NCBI GenBank assembly: GCA_016783505.1
Contig: JADHWK010000002.1
Coordinates: 1-64,000 of the forward strand
DNA from: Candidatus Zhuqueibacterota bacterium
Lineage (GTDB): Bacteria > BS750m-G25
Length of the DNA stretch: 64,000 bases
Reading direction: 5' to 3'
This document shows, piece after piece, positions 60,266 through 64,000 of the stretch. The number at the start of each line of letters is the position of its first letter. Within the stretch, counting starts at the first letter, position 1. The position numbers and the translations under genes were made by a program. Under the pieces are notes generated by a model that saw only the letters and a list, made by a program, of their open reading frames with translations, was not told the DNA's origin and made no database searches.

Positions 60266-61462
60266 TTACAAATTACCTGAATTTATCCGTGCAATGATCG
60301 CATCTGTCATCTGTTTGGTGCTTGAAGCCCCCTGGCTCAAAACCCCGGGACCGCCGGGCAGTCTGAGCATATCATAACTTCGGACGTTACCCTCTTCTAT
60401 AACAGCAGCAATTGAATTCCTTATTCTGTTGGCTCTCTCTACCTCACCTAAGTAGTCCAGCATCATACATGAACTTAAGATCATAGCAATTGGGTTAACG
60501 ATTGAGGGCTTTAGATCGGCATACTTGGGGGCGGAGCCGTGGGTAGGCTCAAAGACAGCACAATCTTTCCCAATATTGCCACTGCAGGCAAATCCAAGCC
60601 CACCCACGAGCCCCGCAAATCCATCAGAGACAATATCGCCAAACATATTGCCCGCCACAATAACACCATAATCTTCAGGGTTCTTGGTAAGCCACATCAT
60701 TTGGGCGTCAATGTTAGTAAACCAGAGCTGGATGTCTGGAAATCCGGGTGCAATCTTCTCTGCCTCTTCCCCCATCATGCCCGATGTTTCCCGGATAACG
60801 TTTGGTTTTTCACAAATTGTCACCGATTTGTAACCGAATTTCTTAGCATATATGAACGCCTCCTTGACTATACGATGGCAGGCGGGGCGGCTGAAGATTC
60901 GGCAGGAAATGGCCAAGTCTGCCCCCGGCACATCTTTAAACCTGGCCATTTTAGGATGAGTTTCCAGGGCCGAGCGCACCCCCGGCGGCGGATTGGTCCA
61001 TTCTACCCCTGAATACAGCCCTTCTGTGTTTTGACGGAAGATAACCACATCCACCCCGGGCTCTTCAAAACCATCCCCTCTGCGGCGGATAAAGTTCAAC
61101 GGATTCCCCTTGAACGAACGGCAGGGACGGATACATATATCCAGATTAAAGTGCTGACGGAGTCCTACGATGGGACTGTAGTAAACATATCCTTTACCTT
61201 GAAGTTCCGGCGAGATTTCACCGGCGGCCTGGGCCTTCGGCTTGGAAGTAATGGCACCAAAAAGACCTATCCTATGCTCTTCGAGAAGGTCTAAGGTGCG
61301 CTGTGGTAATGCATTCCCCTCCTTGACCCAAAATTCCCATCCAATATCCTCCTCAATATAATTCGCCTTAAATCCAACGGCGTCCAGAACCCGAATGGCC
61401 TCTGGAAGGACAATCTTGCCAATACCATCACCGGGCATGATTACGATGCTCTTATTACCCAT
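60266..61462 (-). CDS. Isocitrate/isopropylmalate dehydrogenase family protein
   Basis: MPGDGIG, RQNTEGLY, NMFGDIVSD, FEPTHGSAPK, NPIAMILS. Confidence 0.92.
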   Translation of the reverse strand: MGNKSIVIMPGDGIGKIVLPEAIRVLDAVGFKANYIEEDIGWEFWVKEGNALPQRTLDLLEEHRIGLFGAITSKPKAQAAGEISPELQGKGYVYYSPIVGLRQHFNLDICIRPCRSFKGNPLNFIRRRGDGFEEPGVDVVIFRQNTEGLYSGVEWTNPPPGVRSALETHPKMARFKDVPGADLAISCRIFSRPACHRIVKEAFIYAKKFGYKSVTICEKPNVIRETSGMMGEEAEKIAPGFPDIQLWFTNIDAQMMWLTKNPEDYGVIVAGNMFGDIVSDGFAGLVGGLGFACSGNIGKDCAVFEPTHGSAPKYADLKPSIVNPIAMILSSCMMLDYLGEVERANRIRNSIAAVIEEGNVRSYDMLRLPGGPGVLSQGASSTKQMTDAIIARINSGNL

Positions 61463-61546
61463 GAATTAACTCCCAAATTTTAAGCTATTAATCTTTTTAA
61501 GACCCCTAAATATTTTTCACTGACTTTTAGTACAATTTCAGTTATC

Positions 61547-62854
61547 CTACGGACATTTTATTCCTATGACCTGCAAGGCCTCGCCCACAGTGAAATGAGA
61601 CCCGGTTACACACACCAGATCATCCTTTGAAGCCAATCCCAGGGCATAGCTGAAGCCCTTAGCCACCCCTTTAAAAGGTGAAACCTTAAGGGTGCATTTT
61701 GAAAACTCCCGGGCCAGTTCAGTCGAAGGCAAGGCCCCTTTTCTTTGGGGCTCCACGGGGATAACATGGTCGCAGATAGGCGCCATTTCCCGGATCATTC
61801 CCCGATAATCTTTATGCTTGAGAACCCCGAAAACGAGAATAAGTTTATTGTAAGAGAACAATTGGATAAGATTTTCCCTGAGGGCTTTTATCCCGCCGGG
61901 GTTATGGGCAACGTCGAGGAGAATCAGCGGGTTCTCTCCCACCAACTGCATCCGACCCGGCCATCTTACCTTCTTAAGGCCCTCTATAATATGATCAATT
62001 TTGATATTAAAATGCTTAAATTTCAGCCGTTCACAAGCGGACAAAACCAACCTGACGTTCGCCATCTGATGGGTGCCCGGTAAAGTCAGCTTCACCAAGG
62101 GGAACTTCCCAAAACCCCTTAGGGGAGTTGGTGTTGTGTTGGATCTTTTAGGATAAAACGACGTAAAACGACGGTAAAACCGGGGGACCCCCAGATCCCA
62201 TGTGCTTGAGCTGTCAACAAAGGGGGCCTGGACCTGACGACAGATTTCTTTCAGGACATCGGCTGTCTGGGGTTGGGACCCATCGGTCACCAGTTCCACT
62301 CCTTTTTTAATAATTCCCCCTTTTTCTCTGGCAATGGAGATCAAATCCCGACCTAAATGCTCAGAATGATCATAATCAATGGGGGTAATGATGGTCAGCA
62401 GGGGCTTGACAACGTTGGTGGCATCCAGCCGACCCCCCATCCCCACCTCCACGACGGCCAGATCTATCCCCTGCTCGGCAAAATACAGAAACCCCAAGGC
62501 GGTGACCGATTCGAAAAAAGTGCATTTCAGTTCGATCACGGCTGGCTTGATCATTTCCACGTATTGGACGACCCGAGCTTTCGGAATCTTCTTCCCACCG
62601 ATGCAAATCCTCTCCCGGAAGTCCACCAGATGGGGGGAGGTGTAAAGCCCGACTTTATACCCGGCTGCGGTGAGCGTGGAGCCCAGCATGGCGGCCGTTG
62701 ACCCCTTTCCGTTGGTGCCAGCGATGTGGATGGCCGGGAAGGCCAGATGGGGATCTCCCACCCGACCCAAAAGTCTGGTAACATTATCCAGGCCCAGTTT
62801 TATACCAAATCCCTCCAGGTCATAGAGGAATTTTACAGCTTCACCGTAGGTCAT
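61547..62854 (-). CDS. folC: Folylpolyglutamate synthase/dihydrofolate synthase
   Basis: HIAGTNGKGS, YTSPHL, EVGMGGRLDATN, WPGRMQ, DVAHN, TGS. Confidence 0.95.
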   Translation of the reverse strand: MTYGEAVKFLYDLEGFGIKLGLDNVTRLLGRVGDPHLAFPAIHIAGTNGKGSTAAMLGSTLTAAGYKVGLYTSPHLVDFRERICIGGKKIPKARVVQYVEMIKPAVIELKCTFFESVTALGFLYFAEQGIDLAVVEVGMGGRLDATNVVKPLLTIITPIDYDHSEHLGRDLISIAREKGGIIKKGVELVTDGSQPQTADVLKEICRQVQAPFVDSSSTWDLGVPRFYRRFTSFYPKRSNTTPTPLRGFGKFPLVKLTLPGTHQMANVRLVLSACERLKFKHFNIKIDHIIEGLKKVRWPGRMQLVGENPLILLDVAHNPGGIKALRENLIQLFSYNKLILVFGVLKHKDYRGMIREMAPICDHVIPVEPQRKGALPSTELAREFSKCTLKVSPFKGVAKGFSYALGLASKDDLVCVTGSHFTVGEALQVIGIKCP

Positions 62855-62858
62855 AAGT

Positions 62859-63092
62859 CAAACGCATCAGTTAAGCTATGTGAAGTTAATAATAGATAGA
62901 AAGGTATCAGAATGGAAGATCAGTGGAGCATGGGATAGTGGAGAAATGGGTAATTGGTCAAGTATCCTACAGACGCCCGACTGAAAGGAAATAGGGATTT
63001 TTTCTCTCCTCTACCCCCCCAGGCCCTCCCTGGCCGTTCCCGGCTACAGGCAGGCTGCTCCTCTGCCGGTTTTCAATTTCAGACAACTAAAC
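62859..63092. repeat. Inverted-repeat-bounded intergenic element, family A, second copy (inverted)
   Basis: 62861-62887 matches the reverse complement of 55454-55480 at 25/27 positions; far end AATTTCAGACAACTAAAC. Confidence 0.65.
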
Positions 63093-63118
63093 ACCTACAT
63101 CTTTTTTTTGTGTTTACC

Positions 63119-64000
63119 TCACATCTTTTCATGTTTCTTTTTGAACTCCACGATGCTTTCATAAAGCCCCTCCGCTATTTTCTGACGAAGCTTTTTCGTC
63201 CTCAGCAGCTTCTCCTCGTGGGGATTGGAGATAAAGGCGGTTTCCACCAGAACAGATGGCATGGAGGCCCCCATAAGCACATAGAACCCAGCCTGGTCAA
63301 CCCCCCGGTTTTTGAGATTAATCCTTCGGTCCACCTTCTGCTGAATGATCGCCGCCAAGTCCTCGCTTTCCCTGACAAAACTGGCCTGGGCCATGGCCAA
63401 CAGGATAAAGTTTTCATCGGTTAGATCAGGATACTTGTGGGTCTCCTCTTCGTATTTGATCACCGAGTTCTCTCGCATGGCCACCTCCATGGCCTCATCG
63501 TTTCGAGCCGGGGATAGGAAGTAGGTTTCAAATCCACCCGCATAGCGGCTCAATGAGGCATTACAATGAATGCTAATGAAAAGCTTTCCCCCTTTTTGAT
63601 TGGCCAGTTTGGGGCGGTCGGCCAGAGGAATAAAGGTATCGTCATCCCGGGTTAGGATTACCCGTAGATCAGTGCGCCGACGGAGTAGCCTGGCCAACCT
63701 TTTAGCGATATCTAAGGTGGCGGTTTTTTCTTGATACCCCGACTTCCCAATGGCTCCCGGGTCCTTCCCGCCGTGTCCGGGATCAATAACGATGCAATCA
63801 ATAGCCCACTTGGCCCGTTCCTTCTCCAGGTTATCCTTCAAGCTTTTAGGGGTAGCAGTTCGGGAAGGGCCCACTTCGGTGGAGGTGACCAGGGAGATGG
63901 TGATCGCTCGATCACTTACTTCCTTGATCTTTTCTTTGACTTTACCTTTAAGGAGGAAGGAAATTTGGGCGGACTCGGGAAGCTGAAAGGGAAGGATTTT
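63119..64000 (-). CDS. N-acetylmuramoyl-L-alanine amidase (Amidase_3), 5' part outside window
   Basis: IDPGHGGKDPGA, EK, LTR, SIHCN, PSVLVETAFISN; frame stays open to the window edge. Confidence 0.93.
   Translation of the reverse strand, partial: KILPFQLPESAQISFLLKGKVKEKIKEVSDRAITISLVTSTEVGPSRTATPKSLKDNLEKERAKWAIDCIVIDPGHGGKDPGAIGKSGYQEKTATLDIAKRLARLLRRRTDLRVILTRDDDTFIPLADRPKLANQKGGKLFISIHCNASLSRYAGGFETYFLSPARNDEAMEVAMRENSVIKYEEETHKYPDLTDENFILLAMAQASFVRESEDLAAIIQQKVDRRINLKNRGVDQAGFYVLMGASMPSVLVETAFISNPHEEKLLRTKKLRQKIAEGLYESIVEFKKKHEKM

Overview
Chromosomal window from a probably anaerobic, diderm bacterium (TonB receptor, FlgD/T9SS-like C-terminal domain, lipoproteins); taxonomy cannot be fixed from sequence alone. 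The right third is housekeeping on the minus strand: amidase, folC, ICDH/IPMDH, rho, rpmE, an MNT-HEPN pair, thyX, DUF1385, prfA, prmC, rnr, a TonB receptor and an ECF sigma/anti-sigma/Spy cluster. The left two thirds are mosaic accessory DNA. It contains an IS1595 end, tldE/pmbA, putP, nadA, three tandem exported Cys-Ntn hydrolase paralogues beside an exported glutamate-racemase-like protein, and a membrane-anchored reductive-dehalogenase-like protein. It also holds integron-type cassettes bounded by complementary GTT...AAC cores with no integrase in view, one of them ~4.9 kb and encoding a sacsin-type ATPase/DUF3883 defence candidate. Also present are a decayed type I RM region with three hsdS 5' stubs and a methyltransferase plus fused HgcAB-like corrinoid protein. 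Intergenic DNA is dense with small repeat families. No rRNA, tRNA or CRISPR array was recognised. All calls come from reading motifs by eye; no searches were run.
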